A stretch of 64,000 nt of DNA, from the IMG/VR virus record IMGVR_UViG_3300020231_000201; one strand, written 5' to 3'. Within the stretch, counting starts at the first letter, position 1; every line of letters begins with the position of its first letter. The position numbers and the translations under genes are program-made. This DNA is from an uncultured virus (IMG/VR IMGVR_UViG_3300020231_000201) (Duplodnaviria; Heunggongvirae; Uroviricota; Caudoviricetes). The notes under the pieces are model-generated. The model was not told the origin of the DNA and made no database searches. It saw only the letters and a program-made list of their open reading frames with translations. Below, one piece after another: positions 48,636 through 60,175 of this stretch.

Positions 48636-49490
48636 AATATCTAAACAACATGATCTAGCAATCAAGAAAACACAGTGGGCTTTACAAGAAGCATACAAAA
48701 TTGCTGTTCATAATGCAGGAATAACTGATTGGTCAAAGGAAGAAAAAAGAACCTTAAGAAAAAGACAGATAGAGATTGATCAGATCAAAATAGCTAGAAT
48801 ACTTCTGCGAGAACTAAACATAGAATCGAGATTGAAAAATGAATGAAGAAGAAGAAATAGAAAATCATTTACTGTATATTTCCAAAAAAGAAGCAAAATC
48901 TATTCAACGATTTGAGATTGATATGTTGGGAAGATCAAAAGAAAGGTTTACGGACTTTGATGAACTACTCGAAACAAAGAGTTTGGAAAATAAAATTAAA
49001 AACAGAATTGACAGTCTTAGATAACATCAAAGTTAATTTTCTGCATATAGGATATGGAAAATCTCAAACTGGATTTAATGTAAATGATGATGTCGATTAC
49101 AATCAGTTCGAGGTTACGATATCTTACAATGGTAAGAAAATAAAACACCCATACAATGTCGGAACAGTAAATCTCAAAGGAGTAATGAATGAAGTATTGG
49201 AAAATATGTTTAAGATTGATCTGATTGGAAGAATCATTATTGATTGTTATCCATTCAAATCAAAAGAAGAAGTAAAATCATGCTTGGTCAAAAAAGGATT
49301 TGATGAATCAGAAGAATATTATCAACAAGCCTTTGACGATGTAAAGGCACAATCAGAAAAATTCAGAACGTTGTTTAAAGAAACCGATCTGCATGAAATG
49401 AAAAATGAATTAAAAGACTGGCTTAGACTTCATCCAGAAGAAGCTAAGACCTATGGAAAATTGAGAGAGAACTTTGACAAGATGTTATGA
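48622..49490 (+). other. Three hypothetical CDS (48622, 48839, 48912/49008)
   Basis: Coupled ORFs. Confidence 0.6.
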
Positions 49491-49606
49491 ATGTGAAAAC
49501 TACAACCACGTTGATTGTAGAAATGGAATGATTGGTCGAGATGGCAGGGAACAGAAATGTATCTGTGCAACCTGTATTCTTAGATTCAAATCAAGGAGAA
49601 TAAGAA

Positions 49607-50233
49607 TTGGACAAAAGAGCTAATCCTAGAATTACAAATCAAAACCATGTTGAGATGAGATACCAAGACAACGAATCTATGCAAAGAGAGCTTAGAAACT
49701 TTGTCAAAAACAAGTTCTCTGTTTATCTGTTCTGTGGTCAGGAAGATTACTGCACTCTAAATGTTGATGCAGATCCACGTTCTAAAGCTAATTTAAAGAT
49801 GGAAGGATTACAATTCCTTGAAGCTTTAGAAGATAATTCAATTGATGTTTTCATCTATGATCCGTTATTTGTTTTCATTGATGATGAATCAATGGATTCC
49901 GAGGGAAAAATAAGGGATGGATTCTATAATGCAAATGCAAAGGCGTGGGAAAACGCAATGAGAAAGTACGGATTGTCAGAGGAAATAATTACACAGGCAA
50001 AGAAATCTGCGTTATTTGGTCATAACATGGAGCTACAAAGAACGATCTACAAGAAAGTAAAACCAGGTGGCGTGGCAATATCAAAAAGAGGAATGGCAAA
50101 CTGTAACACCATGTCAAAAATTCCTCAACTATACTATGTGTATGATTCAAGACCATCAGCACATATCATCAGATGGGATTGGAAAGAATCAGAGGAAGAC
50201 GATAGCAATCTAAAAAGGAGAACTAAGATATGA
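49607..50233 (+). CDS. Small adenine-type DNA methyltransferase-like protein
   Basis: LFCG, NVDADP, DVFIYDPLF (DPPY-like), KVKPGG. Confidence 0.65.
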   Translation: MDKRANPRITNQNHVEMRYQDNESMQRELRNFVKNKFSVYLFCGQEDYCTLNVDADPRSKANLKMEGLQFLEALEDNSIDVFIYDPLFVFIDDESMDSEGKIRDGFYNANAKAWENAMRKYGLSEEIITQAKKSALFGHNMELQRTIYKKVKPGGVAISKRGMANCNTMSKIPQLYYVYDSRPSAHIIRWDWKESEEDDSNLKRRTKI

Positions 50234-51640
50234 CTTCTAAAGAAGAATATTATAGAAAACACTTTGGCGGTGGACTCTATAAAATATTTTTAGAACAAAT
50301 GAGCAAAGAAAAACTACGCCTGATTAATGAGGTAAAAACCAACGATAGACTAACAATCTATCAGGTGAAACTCTTTAAAAAAAGAGTTGATCTCATTACG
50401 GAGTTAATGGTAACGTACTCTATTAGAATTAAGAAAGATTCTCGTAGAGAAAAACAAATCAAAAATGTATTCGCCAAATATGGAATAGAGGAGAAGAAAA
50501 AATGAATCCATACGCACTAATCAAAATACAGAAAAAGGCAAACGCAGAAAAAACTTTACAGATAAAACAATTGAAGATCGAAGTAAACGCCTTGAAAAAG
50601 GAAGTAGTATGGCTGAAATCCTGCAAGGAGATAAGCACTTGAAATCTGTAATTTGTGATTGTGGAGAATCAAGATGTTTCCCTAAACTATACGCAAATTC
50701 AGTATCTCTTGAGTGTGCAAGTTGTGGAGAAATAATTAGAAACGCTGATCCAAGTATTGCAGAAGCAAGTATGTATATCTACAACCATAACAGAAAAGAA
50801 ATCAAGGAATTTTTTGCAGATGATAAGGAGCTTTTGGTCTTTTGTTTAGAAATAAAGAACACCCAAGAGGAAGAAGAATACAAAAGAAAAATTGGAATGA
50901 CAAGAGATGGAAACGTTGGCCAGTAGTGAAAAAGAGATAGGCACACTACTTGAAAATAATATAAACTGGATTGTTGTAATCCAAATGGAATTACAGGAGG
51001 TAATTTAAAAAATGGAAATTGATAGAGCAGAAATATTCAGAGTAATGAGTAAGTTCCAAAAGATGTTTGAACTTGATGATCCTAAAGGTGATCTTATGAT
51101 TCTGAAATGGGTAGAAGATGGAATGTCATACGACATTATGAAGTTGTATGTTGAACCACCTGCAAACTGCCATCAATGTAGCAAGAATATAAAAGGAGAA
51201 GGAAGAATTGTTGCAAAACAAATTCAAGAAGGAATGTTGTTTTCATATCTTTGTCCTAAATGTATTAAGAGAAATCTCGATACACCAACAGCTTGTACTA
51301 TTGAAAACGTAAATGGAAAGGTCGTATTCAAATGCCCTCACTGTTTATTGACAAGACCTTTCAGTGATGTTAAATTCTTCGCAACACACAACTGCGTGAA
51401 TATAACAATGACAAGAGAGTTTGCAAGTTCAATAGGAGAGGATAAGAATTGAGTATTTCAGATTACAACTTCAAAGGACTTGAAGAATACCAATGCAAAG
51501 TTTGGTTGAGGTTACTGTTTGACTCGATGAAAGATATTGATAACAGAACAATCCGAAAAGAGATAATTGCCCATCCTCACGAATGTAATCATCCAACTTG
51601 TATGAAGGTGGCAGAAGTAATGAGAGGTATAATGAAATGA
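50230..51640 (+). other. Small hypothetical and zinc-binding CDS (50230, 50609, 51012, 51449)
   Basis: CxxC pairs in 50609 and 51012. Confidence 0.65.
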
Positions 51641-52359
51641 GTTTATTACAAATCCATGTAAAGAAGGAATATTATGATCTAATTCCTAGACCTTTAGAAA
51701 CTGAACTCAATGCACTAAGGGAGTCATTGAGAGAAGATGGTCAGCTTGTTCCTATCGTTGTGAATAACAATGGAGTTATTCTTGATGGGCATACAAGATT
51801 TGGAATTTGCCAAGAACTAAAGATTGATCCCATCTATGAAACAAAATCTTTTGAAAACGAAAATGATGAGAGAAAATATGTAATCATAACAAACTTGTCA
51901 AGACGACATCTAAGCCTTGCTCAAAGAGCTTATCTTGTGTTTGCATGGTGGGAAAAAGAAATAAAGATTAGCAGAAAAGCTGGACAGATCAAAGGTGGTA
52001 AAGCTAGAAGGGGCGTAGGAAAATATGCAGGAAAAACAAATGGTAAACTACAAAAAACTCTTGGCAAAATGTTAGGAGCTACTCCACATACTGCATGGAG
52101 TTTGATGAAGATATTTCAAAAGGCAGATGAAGAAACAAAACAACGTTTGAGGGAAGGAGAAATAACTATCGCAACAGCGTATAACACCGTATATGGAACA
52201 CCTGAAAAACTTAGAATCCGATATCCAGAACTATACAAAACCACTCTTAGAAACAAACATAAAATTTGTCTAAATTGTGGAGGAGAAACCAAATCTACTG
52301 AGGAAGAATGTCATGTTCACAGTATGATTTGTTGTACGAAATGTAGGTGGGGAAATTGA
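51637..52359 (+). CDS. ParB/Spo0J-like protein with C-terminal Cys/His module, paralog 1
   Basis: LRESLREDGQLVPIVV...ILDGHTR...NLSRRHLS; CLNC...CHVH..CCTKCRWG; track start 51598. Confidence 0.85.
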   Translation: MSLLQIHVKKEYYDLIPRPLETELNALRESLREDGQLVPIVVNNNGVILDGHTRFGICQELKIDPIYETKSFENENDERKYVIITNLSRRHLSLAQRAYLVFAWWEKEIKISRKAGQIKGGKARRGVGKYAGKTNGKLQKTLGKMLGATPHTAWSLMKIFQKADEETKQRLREGEITIATAYNTVYGTPEKLRIRYPELYKTTLRNKHKICLNCGGETKSTEEECHVHSMICCTKCRWGN

Positions 52360-53117
52360 GCCAAAAACTAGAACTAGATTATTGTGATGAATACTATGAT
52401 CTAGTTCCTAGACCAAACAAAGAAGAAATTAGATCAATTAAGAACTCAATTCTATCAGATGGACAGCTCTCACCAATATTTGTAAATCCAAAAGGAATAA
52501 TCCTTGACGGACATACTAGATGGGAAATTTGTATGGAACTAAGAATCAAACCAATATACATTATAAAGAAATTCAAGACAAAGGAACAGGAAAAAAGATT
52601 TGTAATAATGTCAAATCTAGCAAGAAGAAATCTTACCTTGTTTCAGAAATGTGAATTGGCATGGGATATATTTTTGGTTGAAAAAGAAAAAGCAAAGGCA
52701 AGAACATACTGGAGGCAAAATTATGATCCAGGTCTTATCAAAAAGGGAGATACATTAGAAATGCCAGAGGACTTTAGTAAAAAAGGAACGGCTGCACAAA
52801 TATTTGCAAAGTATTTAGGAACTGGAAAACATAGTATTTCAAAAGTAGAATGGTTATTGAAAAACAGTTCTGAAAAAACCTTACAAGAATTGCGTGATGG
52901 AACAATGGCAATTAATAGAGCATACGATTTTGAAAAAGGTTTATCGTACTTCAAAGCCTCCAATGGTCAAAAAGCAAGAGCAAGAAAAAAGAAAACACAG
53001 GAATACGAAAAAATATGTCCTGAATGTGAATGTGATACAGTTCTAGTAAAAGAGAGAAAGAAACCATGCCATGTTCACGACAAAGTTTGTTGTACTACTT
53101 GTAAGTGGGGATATTAA
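52356..53117 (+). CDS. ParB/Spo0J-like protein with C-terminal Cys/His module, paralog 2
   Basis: SILSDGQLSPIFV...ILDGHTR...NLARRNLT; CPEC...CHVH..CCTTCKWG; track start 52347. Confidence 0.85.
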   Translation: MSQKLELDYCDEYYDLVPRPNKEEIRSIKNSILSDGQLSPIFVNPKGIILDGHTRWEICMELRIKPIYIIKKFKTKEQEKRFVIMSNLARRNLTLFQKCELAWDIFLVEKEKAKARTYWRQNYDPGLIKKGDTLEMPEDFSKKGTAAQIFAKYLGTGKHSISKVEWLLKNSSEKTLQELRDGTMAINRAYDFEKGLSYFKASNGQKARARKKKTQEYEKICPECECDTVLVKERKKPCHVHDKVCCTTCKWGY

Positions 53118-53222
53118 AATGGAAACTTGCATTTGTGATTGTGGTTGCAAAGATCCTCCTGCAAAAAGAGATTGGATGTGTAAGAACTGTTCTGGACAGA
53201 TTCACTTGAAGGATAGAAAATA

Positions 53223-53951
53223 ATGAAGTCTAAAAGAATGAAATCTAAATGGCAGCAATTTTTGGCTGGAGAAATTTCAATGCCATCTTGGGAAAAAAAA
53301 GCACAAAGAGAATACTATCAGAAGAACCGAGAGAAAATCAAACAACAAAAGCTCAAGTGGAGAGATGAGAACAGAGAGAAGATAAACAAAAAACAACGTA
53401 TTAGGAATCAATCACCATCTGTTAAAGAATACAAAAAAAAATGGAAAAAAGACTTCTTAGATAAGAATGGAATTAGATATGAAACGAAGTATTACAACGA
53501 AAACAAAGATAAGATTAACGAAAGAAAAAGAGAATGGACAAAAATTCCTGCCAATAGAGAGCAATACAACAACTACAAGAAAGTAAACTTCCAGAGAAAG
53601 ATTGCAATAAGAAAAAACTGCTTTAGTTCAGTTGCCATATTATGCGTGGATGCTATCGAATCAAATGAAAAGAGAATACCAATTACCAAAGAAGGATTAG
53701 AATTTCTAAGATCTGTTGTAGGCTTTGATCCTTACAAATGGCGACCATCAAAAGAGGAACGAAAAGCATACGATAAGAAAAAGGATAAAGCATATCTTAA
53801 AAAATATGGATTAAAATATCATGCTAAACGCTATCGAGATAAACAAAAGAGATTAGATCCTAATTACAAATGGTATGCTTGGAGAAAAACTCGAACAAAC
53901 TTCAATAAATTAACAGAAGTTCCTTCATTCAAAAGAAAGAGGCGTGTATGA
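53223..53951 (+). CDS. Lys/Arg/Tyr-rich helical-repeat protein
   Basis: Repeated YY.KNREKI / WRDENREKI / YYNENKDKI units. Confidence 0.7.
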   Translation: MKSKRMKSKWQQFLAGEISMPSWEKKAQREYYQKNREKIKQQKLKWRDENREKINKKQRIRNQSPSVKEYKKKWKKDFLDKNGIRYETKYYNENKDKINERKREWTKIPANREQYNNYKKVNFQRKIAIRKNCFSSVAILCVDAIESNEKRIPITKEGLEFLRSVVGFDPYKWRPSKEERKAYDKKKDKAYLKKYGLKYHAKRYRDKQKRLDPNYKWYAWRKTRTNFNKLTEVPSFKRKRRV

Positions 53952-56417
53952 AACAATGACTAAGAATTATCACTACCAAACAAATCTTAACTTCGATAAT
54001 CTTGCATATTTACAGGAACGAACAAAAGACACAGATTCAACATATTGTGGCTGTTCATGTCATGTCAACGGAGAGAAAAATGTTTTTTGTATGTCCTGTG
54101 GTTGTGATTATAGACAGCAAGAAGGACTACACATGATGAAAACATTATTTCCAAAAGAATTGAAGATCATAAAAGACATTCAAACAGGAATGGAGAATTT
54201 AAAATGATCTGTGCTAACTGTGGAAAATATATTGCTAGGCATAGTTTGAAAGATGCACAAATTTGTTTGGAATTCTGTTCACAAAAATTAGGTATGAAAG
54301 AAAAAAATTTGTGCAAATTCTGTAAGCATGAAATTGTAGATGGATTAATGATATTTGACAAACAAAAAAAACCAATTGCTCATTACTCATGCTTCCGTAA
54401 ATCACATGGAATAAGAATGTAGAATTAAGGGAGTTAAGGAAAATGAAAAAATTTGATGATAGAGAAAAAAAACATGACCGAGATGTGAACAAGCTTTATC
54501 TTCATTACAGAAAATTTCTTTCAAAGGAAACCTGCCCAACCTGTAATATAGGACAACCACTAAAAGATATGTTAGAAGTAAGTTATGACAGAAAGAAAAA
54601 AAGAATTATTCATACAAAATGGATTCATAGTGAGGAAGAATGTTATCGTTGGCATCTTTCAGTTATTTTTGCATTAAGAAAAAGCAGAAGCAAGACAGGA
54701 AGAATAATGTCAGAAAAATCTATCGATAAAATACTAACATTTAGTTTGAGAAAACTTAGAAGAATAGATAGAAAATTTACGGAGAGGGGAGAATGACTAT
54801 TTTCAAAGCCTCATACTTTGGTGTTAATCATTGGGATTCAATATCAATCGCAAAAAAAATCAAACAAACTTTCATTGAAAGAAAATTGACAGATAAAAAA
54901 AATATACCATTAGGGAAATCAAAACTATTGATATTTGGCATGAGTGACAAGGGAGAAACTGCATTTATTGTTGAAGGCTTTGACATTAAAAACAAGTTTG
55001 GAATAGTTATCACACTGCCTACAAACAAAAAAGAAATTCGTATTATTGGTGGTCTATTTACTGATAATGCTTCATTGGAAGCTAAATACAACAAGAGTTT
55101 TTCTAATCTAGCAGAAGCTTCCAGATATTTTGAAACAATATTGAGTGAATACGATGAGATGATTCTAAAATGATCCCAACAAAATGTTCAGTATGTGGTG
55201 GAGAACTCGAAGATGTTGGAGGAGGAGCTCTAATGTGCAAGGGTTGTCGAATGGGATTCAGGGATAATGGAAAACCACTTCCAAACATGGAACAAATTTT
55301 AGAAGATGGCATTAAAAAAATGAAAATGTTGAAGAGCTTATATCTAGTATTTCATGGCAAAGAACCAACAAACGAAATCCTTACAAATCTTTATTCATTC
55401 CATGAGCATAGAGTTGTTGGACACCCTGAAACAAAAGATGGATATTGTGAATTCTGTGAAAGGAATTGGGCAAAGCTTTCTGAATCTGAATTCTTTGAAC
55501 AGTTGGGTTATAAGAAGTCAAGGTGGTTTAATGAAGATGGAACTACAAAGGCAGTGAAAACATTTGAAGAAAATAAAGAAGAAATGTTGAGGTAAAAGTA
55601 AATGGAACATTGTCAATTTTGCCAACAAGCTTTTGTAATGAAAAAATATCTTGCTGCACATATCACTAGAAAACACCCTACTGAAAAAGAGGCATAATGA
55701 AACAATCAAAAATTCTATACAAATGGGATGAACCAATACCACTGTTTGATGGATCTTATGCCAATGCAGTAGAGTGGTATAAGTTCTGGCAGAAATGTGA
55801 ATTTGAATTAAGAAATGCAAGAATGTTAAATGATATTCCAAAAATATTCATCTATGAACAAATAGTTCCTCTTGTAAAAAGAGATGGTATAAGATGAAAG
55901 TTTCTCCTCATGTAGCTTTTAAGGGGGAATCAGTTCCGATTCATGTTCCGATTCATCTTCATGGCCCGATGGTATACACACATTCTAAACAAGTAGACAA
56001 GAAGATTTTATATTTCTACATGAATAAAATTTTTACAATCGTTCCATATGACATACCACCTTGCTGTCAGATATTTTATCATTCATGGTTAAATTTCAAA
56101 AAAGAGATTCCTGAATATGCTGAAAAAATGAATCGGCTATCTAAAAATGCTGGAATAATTTATTGTCCAGATTGTATTGCTAAAAAATTGGAGGCATAAT
56201 GAAAGAACAAAAAATTCTCATAAAGATTCATAAAAGAATCGCAAAATTAATTTCGGCAGCAGATGGAGCTAGTTTTGAATACATTACAGGATTAGATGTT
56301 GCCAAACAAATCGTTGAGGAAGAAATCGAATCTAATAAGGAAAGGAAAAACATTCATCATCACGATATTCAAAAATCTTCCAAGTCAATTAGTAAGAAAA
56401 AAGTTCATAGCTTTTGA
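53944..56417 (+). other. Run of small hypothetical, often Cys-rich CDS (53944, 54204, 54443, 54793, 55170, 55697, 55894, 56199)
   Basis: Coupled ORFs with CxxC motifs. Confidence 0.65.
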
Positions 56418-56526
56418 CTCATAGATGCAACTGCTCAATTTGTAAAGACGAATGTAAATCTAAAACTGCCAAATCAGTTTGTATCAGATGTCGGTATGGA
56501 CACCATGATAATCAATTCAAAAGATA

Positions 56527-56733
56527 CTAACCGATCTTCATAACCTTAGATTTTGGAACAAGAAATTTCTTACCACGATACTTTACACAAACCTGGCTTG
56601 GGTTTCCCATATGCCTTTCTTGTAAAATTACCCTTCTATCCTTGTTTCCAGTATTGATTGTCAGATGCGTTCCAATTTTTACATTTCTGCCTTTGATATT
56701 TGCGAACATAGCTCTTCTTTGGTCGTGTTTCAC
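56527..56733 (-). CDS. Basic protein with leader motif A variant (QRRAMFAN) and SH3-like beta domain
   Basis: MKHDQRRAMFANIKG; isolated minus-strand gene. Confidence 0.7.
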   Translation of the reverse strand: MKHDQRRAMFANIKGRNVKIGTHLTINTGNKDRRVILQERHMGNPSQVCVKYRGKKFLVPKSKVMKIG

Positions 56734-57025
56734 AAATCAAAATATCGATTAGATCTTTTTCTATCTAGCTGTCAATAATGTTGAAGGCTTTGATGCAGCC
56801 ATAGTTCAGGGGGCAAGTTGAACCTTTGTCTAAAATTTTCCGATCTACTTATTAAAATTAGGACCATAAATATCTGGATGCCAAATTGTAAATTCTGTGG
56901 GGCCAATATTAAATTAGGCAGAAAATATTGCTCAAAATCTCATGCTACTATGGATAATAGAGAGCATAGAGCCAACCTTTTATTAGGTAAAAAAAGAAGC
57001 AAAAATTAATGGGGAATGGGGAGGA

Positions 57026-57532
57026 TTGAGTTTAACAAAATCTACCGCATTTATTATAGTTGGAATATCACTTGTGGCAATTGGTAGTTTAGGTTTACTA
57101 GGAGTGGCAATTGCCCAAATGGAATCTATGACTATTGTTGGTCCTTCACAGCCATATGTTGATACAGTTTTTAATGTTAGTGTAGATGTAGATGGAGTAT
57201 CAAGAGCCAGTGGCGGTATTTTTAGAACTGTTATGACATTATTTGAAAAGGAAACTGGCAACGAAATACTTGCAGTTCCAGATTTTCTTCGTAGTGGAAT
57301 AAACACAATTCAAATTAACATGATCCCCGATAGAAATCATAAACCATTGATTGAAGGAATCACATATATCTTACAAATTCAACACGTTTACATAATTTCC
57401 CAACACGAATTTATTCCAAAACCATTTAGTGAAACAGGCACAAAATATACAGTCGAAATCAAAGATGGAATATCCTCAAGTGAAAAGGTAAAACCTGTTA
57501 AAGAAAATCTACAAACTCTACAAATTTTGTAG
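57026..57532 (+). CDS. Signal-anchored Ig-like beta protein
   Basis: N-terminal TM; beta-strand-rich. Confidence 0.7.
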   Translation: MSLTKSTAFIIVGISLVAIGSLGLLGVAIAQMESMTIVGPSQPYVDTVFNVSVDVDGVSRASGGIFRTVMTLFEKETGNEILAVPDFLRSGINTIQINMIPDRNHKPLIEGITYILQIQHVYIISQHEFIPKPFSETGTKYTVEIKDGISSSEKVKPVKENLQTLQIL

Positions 57533-58020
57533 ATTAGAAACATTTTTTATCAATAAGTTAAAACGATTAGTATTGAAAGTAATTGGGATTCTTCATAATT
57601 GCAAACAGGTTAAAAGAAAAATTTTCTATGATCCATCAAAATTTGATTACTGCAAACACTGTGGAGAAAGTTTTAAGGGAAAACAGGTTTTGGAATTTGA
57701 GGTTTCTGATTGCCAGTAATCCATACCAATATGGGTTCAGCACAATTTTCAAGATTATCCAAAATGGGAAAAAACCGTTGTTCTAATTGTGATATAGAAT
57801 TAAAATTAGGAGAACCTGCAATAATTTTAAAGAAAGCAAAACGAAAATGGTATTGTGAACCATGTGCGATCAAATTACATATAATTTAAACAAAGTTACG
57901 GTATTGACAAAGCTTAATTAGTGTCATAAGTATACTTTGTTACATGGGGAAAGGAAACGAGAATATTCTCGAACAAATATGTCAAGACCTTGACATTAAA
58001 TCGTTTGAAACAGAATTAGA

Positions 58021-58464
58021 TTAAACAAGACTCATTTTTCTTGTGTAATCATAAACACTAAGGTTAGCTTTCTTCGCTTTTCTAACGATCTTTTTGTATT
58101 CTCGTTCGGTAAATCTTAATGCAATAACTTTTTTTCTGTATGTATGAGAGATGTTTACAATTTCTGTCAGTTTAGGTATAGTGAATTTCCTTCTTTGCAA
58201 ACAACCTATGAACATATCATTAACTTTACTTGTTACAAACCATGATTCTAGGAACATTTCTTTATGAACTGAATAAGAACGAATGAAAAAACGATCAAAT
58301 TTTTTATCATATTTGGTTATCACATACTCCCCATGATGCAGTTTGCATTTGGAATCTCTATTCGGGCATTTTGCAGTTGGAATTATTATAGGAAATTTTG
58401 ATTTTTTCAAGGTTTCAAGAATAATTTTCACTGTAAATTTCCTATCACGAATAGGCAATACCAA
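58021..58464 (-). CDS. Protein with C-terminal MobC/RHH-like DNA-binding domain
   Basis: VIALRFTEREYKKIVRKAKKANLSVYDYTR. Confidence 0.6.
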   Translation of the reverse strand: MVLPIRDRKFTVKIILETLKKSKFPIIIPTAKCPNRDSKCKLHHGEYVITKYDKKFDRFFIRSYSVHKEMFLESWFVTSKVNDMFIGCLQRRKFTIPKLTEIVNISHTYRKKVIALRFTEREYKKIVRKAKKANLSVYDYTRKMSLV

Positions 58465-58557
58465 TAAAATTGATTCGTTCCTACATAACCTTTGATTTAC
58501 ACGTTTACACGCCCTTTCACAACGAAATTTATCAATAAGGAGTGGCTATTTTTAATC

Positions 58558-59037
58558 GTGAAACAAGATGGTCAAAAGATTTCCTTCGGTTCTTTCAGCA
58601 TTATCACAATTCTTGGTATTCTTGGTGTTCTTGGCATGATTCCGATCTCTTATGCCCAAGACTATGGTGAAATTGGTAATGAGTTTATGGACCAACTGAC
58701 TGAAGGAGTTGAGACTGGAATCACATCAATTGACATTCCAGATGAAAACATCATAGATACAACTCAAGAGGAGGTCGATAGCCTGGCACAGTCATTTGCC
58801 GAATGGATAAATTCATTCTATGACTTTGGCAAAAAAACCCACAGTGTTACAGAAGATGCTATGGCAGTTGTAGCTCCTTCTTGGGTTGATGGGATCATAA
58901 TTTCGATTATTGCAGGGGCAGTTGTCGTGTTGATAATGTGGAAAGTGTTCAAGAGAGTGGGTATTCATTTGGCAATTGCATTTGGAATTTTGGCTGCTGT
59001 GATAGTTTTCTTGATGCTTTTAGACTTAAATTCTTGA
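58558..59037 (+). CDS. Membrane protein (signal + 2 C-terminal TM)
   Basis: Signal ending SYA; GTG start 22 nt after TTTATCAAT (track start 58492). Confidence 0.75.
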   Translation: MKQDGQKISFGSFSIITILGILGVLGMIPISYAQDYGEIGNEFMDQLTEGVETGITSIDIPDENIIDTTQEEVDSLAQSFAEWINSFYDFGKKTHSVTEDAMAVVAPSWVDGIIISIIAGAVVVLIMWKVFKRVGIHLAIAFGILAAVIVFLMLLDLNS

Positions 59038-59067
59038 CCTATAATTGCTAAAAACACCTATTTTATT

Positions 59068-59526
59068 ATGAGATCAATGGTAAAAACTGGCTCAATAGCA
59101 TTTGGAGAAACCTTACTAGCTAAATTATTACCACTGGCAATCGTTATTCCATTATGGTTAAGAATTCAAACATTCATTCCTGAAATACAAATACAATTTA
59201 GTATTGAACAAGGGGCATATATGTTAGCAATTGGAATAATTGTAGTTGTAGCCATCATCGAATTTAGAATTTCACAAGGAGCTATAAGAGGATTTGAAAG
59301 TTTGAATCTTGGTTCAGGTCTTGCATTGTTCATTATAGTAGCAGGATTAATTTTATTGGGTTGGATAATTGCAACTGACGTTCAAACATTCTCTGGAACT
59401 TCAACATTTAATGACATTGTATCTGCTTATCTTGGATTCTCTATTCTTATAATTGGAATTCAAGCTGTTAGAGAAATTACTGGAACAAGAAAAGAATTAA
59501 AGCGACAAGGAGCTTCCATTTTTTAG
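59068..59526 (+). CDS. Four-TM membrane protein
   Basis: Hydrophobicity pattern. Confidence 0.75.
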   Translation: MRSMVKTGSIAFGETLLAKLLPLAIVIPLWLRIQTFIPEIQIQFSIEQGAYMLAIGIIVVVAIIEFRISQGAIRGFESLNLGSGLALFIIVAGLILLGWIIATDVQTFSGTSTFNDIVSAYLGFSILIIGIQAVREITGTRKELKRQGASIF

Positions 59527-59545
59527 GTCTAGGATCACATGATCC

Positions 59546-60175
59546 ATGACCGATCTGCTTACTAAACAAAAACTTTCCTTCGCTGAATTTTTTCTTCTTT
59601 TAATTGTGGGTGGTTCTGCACTAGTAATTTTAACTTACAGTGATATAGTCAATCACGATTTCTACGTCTTACCAATTATTTCAGAATGTTTTGCCGAAAA
59701 CCAAAGTGAATTTTGTTTAAACATTAGAGAATTACATGGACTCCCATCAGATGCACACATAACTTTAGGTTCTGCATATTGGAAACTTTTACAGCTTCAA
59801 GCAATTGGAATTGGAATAATGTTGTTTGTTTTACGAGTAGGATTCGGTTACTTGGCAACAAAAAAAATTGACGGGTTACTCATCATCAAAGGTTTCATTT
59901 GGGGAGGAACATTTAGTTTGCTATTTTTATTCGGGTGGCTTGACTTCGGATATTATGTAATACAACAAGAACCAATACCTGAACAATTGCCCTGGTTGGA
60001 TCAAAGTGGAGTTTTTGTTTGGCTGAAGATGTTCGGAACTGATCCTTTAACGGTAGATAGAGGAGATTTGTATTTAGGAATGTTAATCGGTGCTGTGATA
60101 ATTTTGGCAATTTGGATGCTTTTCGTTTACAAATGGAAACAAGTACAAAGAATAGGGAGGCAGATTGGTGTATAA
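59546..60175 (+). CDS. Four-TM membrane protein
   Basis: Hydrophobicity pattern. Confidence 0.75.
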   Translation: MTDLLTKQKLSFAEFFLLLIVGGSALVILTYSDIVNHDFYVLPIISECFAENQSEFCLNIRELHGLPSDAHITLGSAYWKLLQLQAIGIGIMLFVLRVGFGYLATKKIDGLLIIKGFIWGGTFSLLFLFGWLDFGYYVIQQEPIPEQLPWLDQSGVFVWLKMFGTDPLTVDRGDLYLGMLIGAVIILAIWMLFVYKWKQVQRIGRQIGV

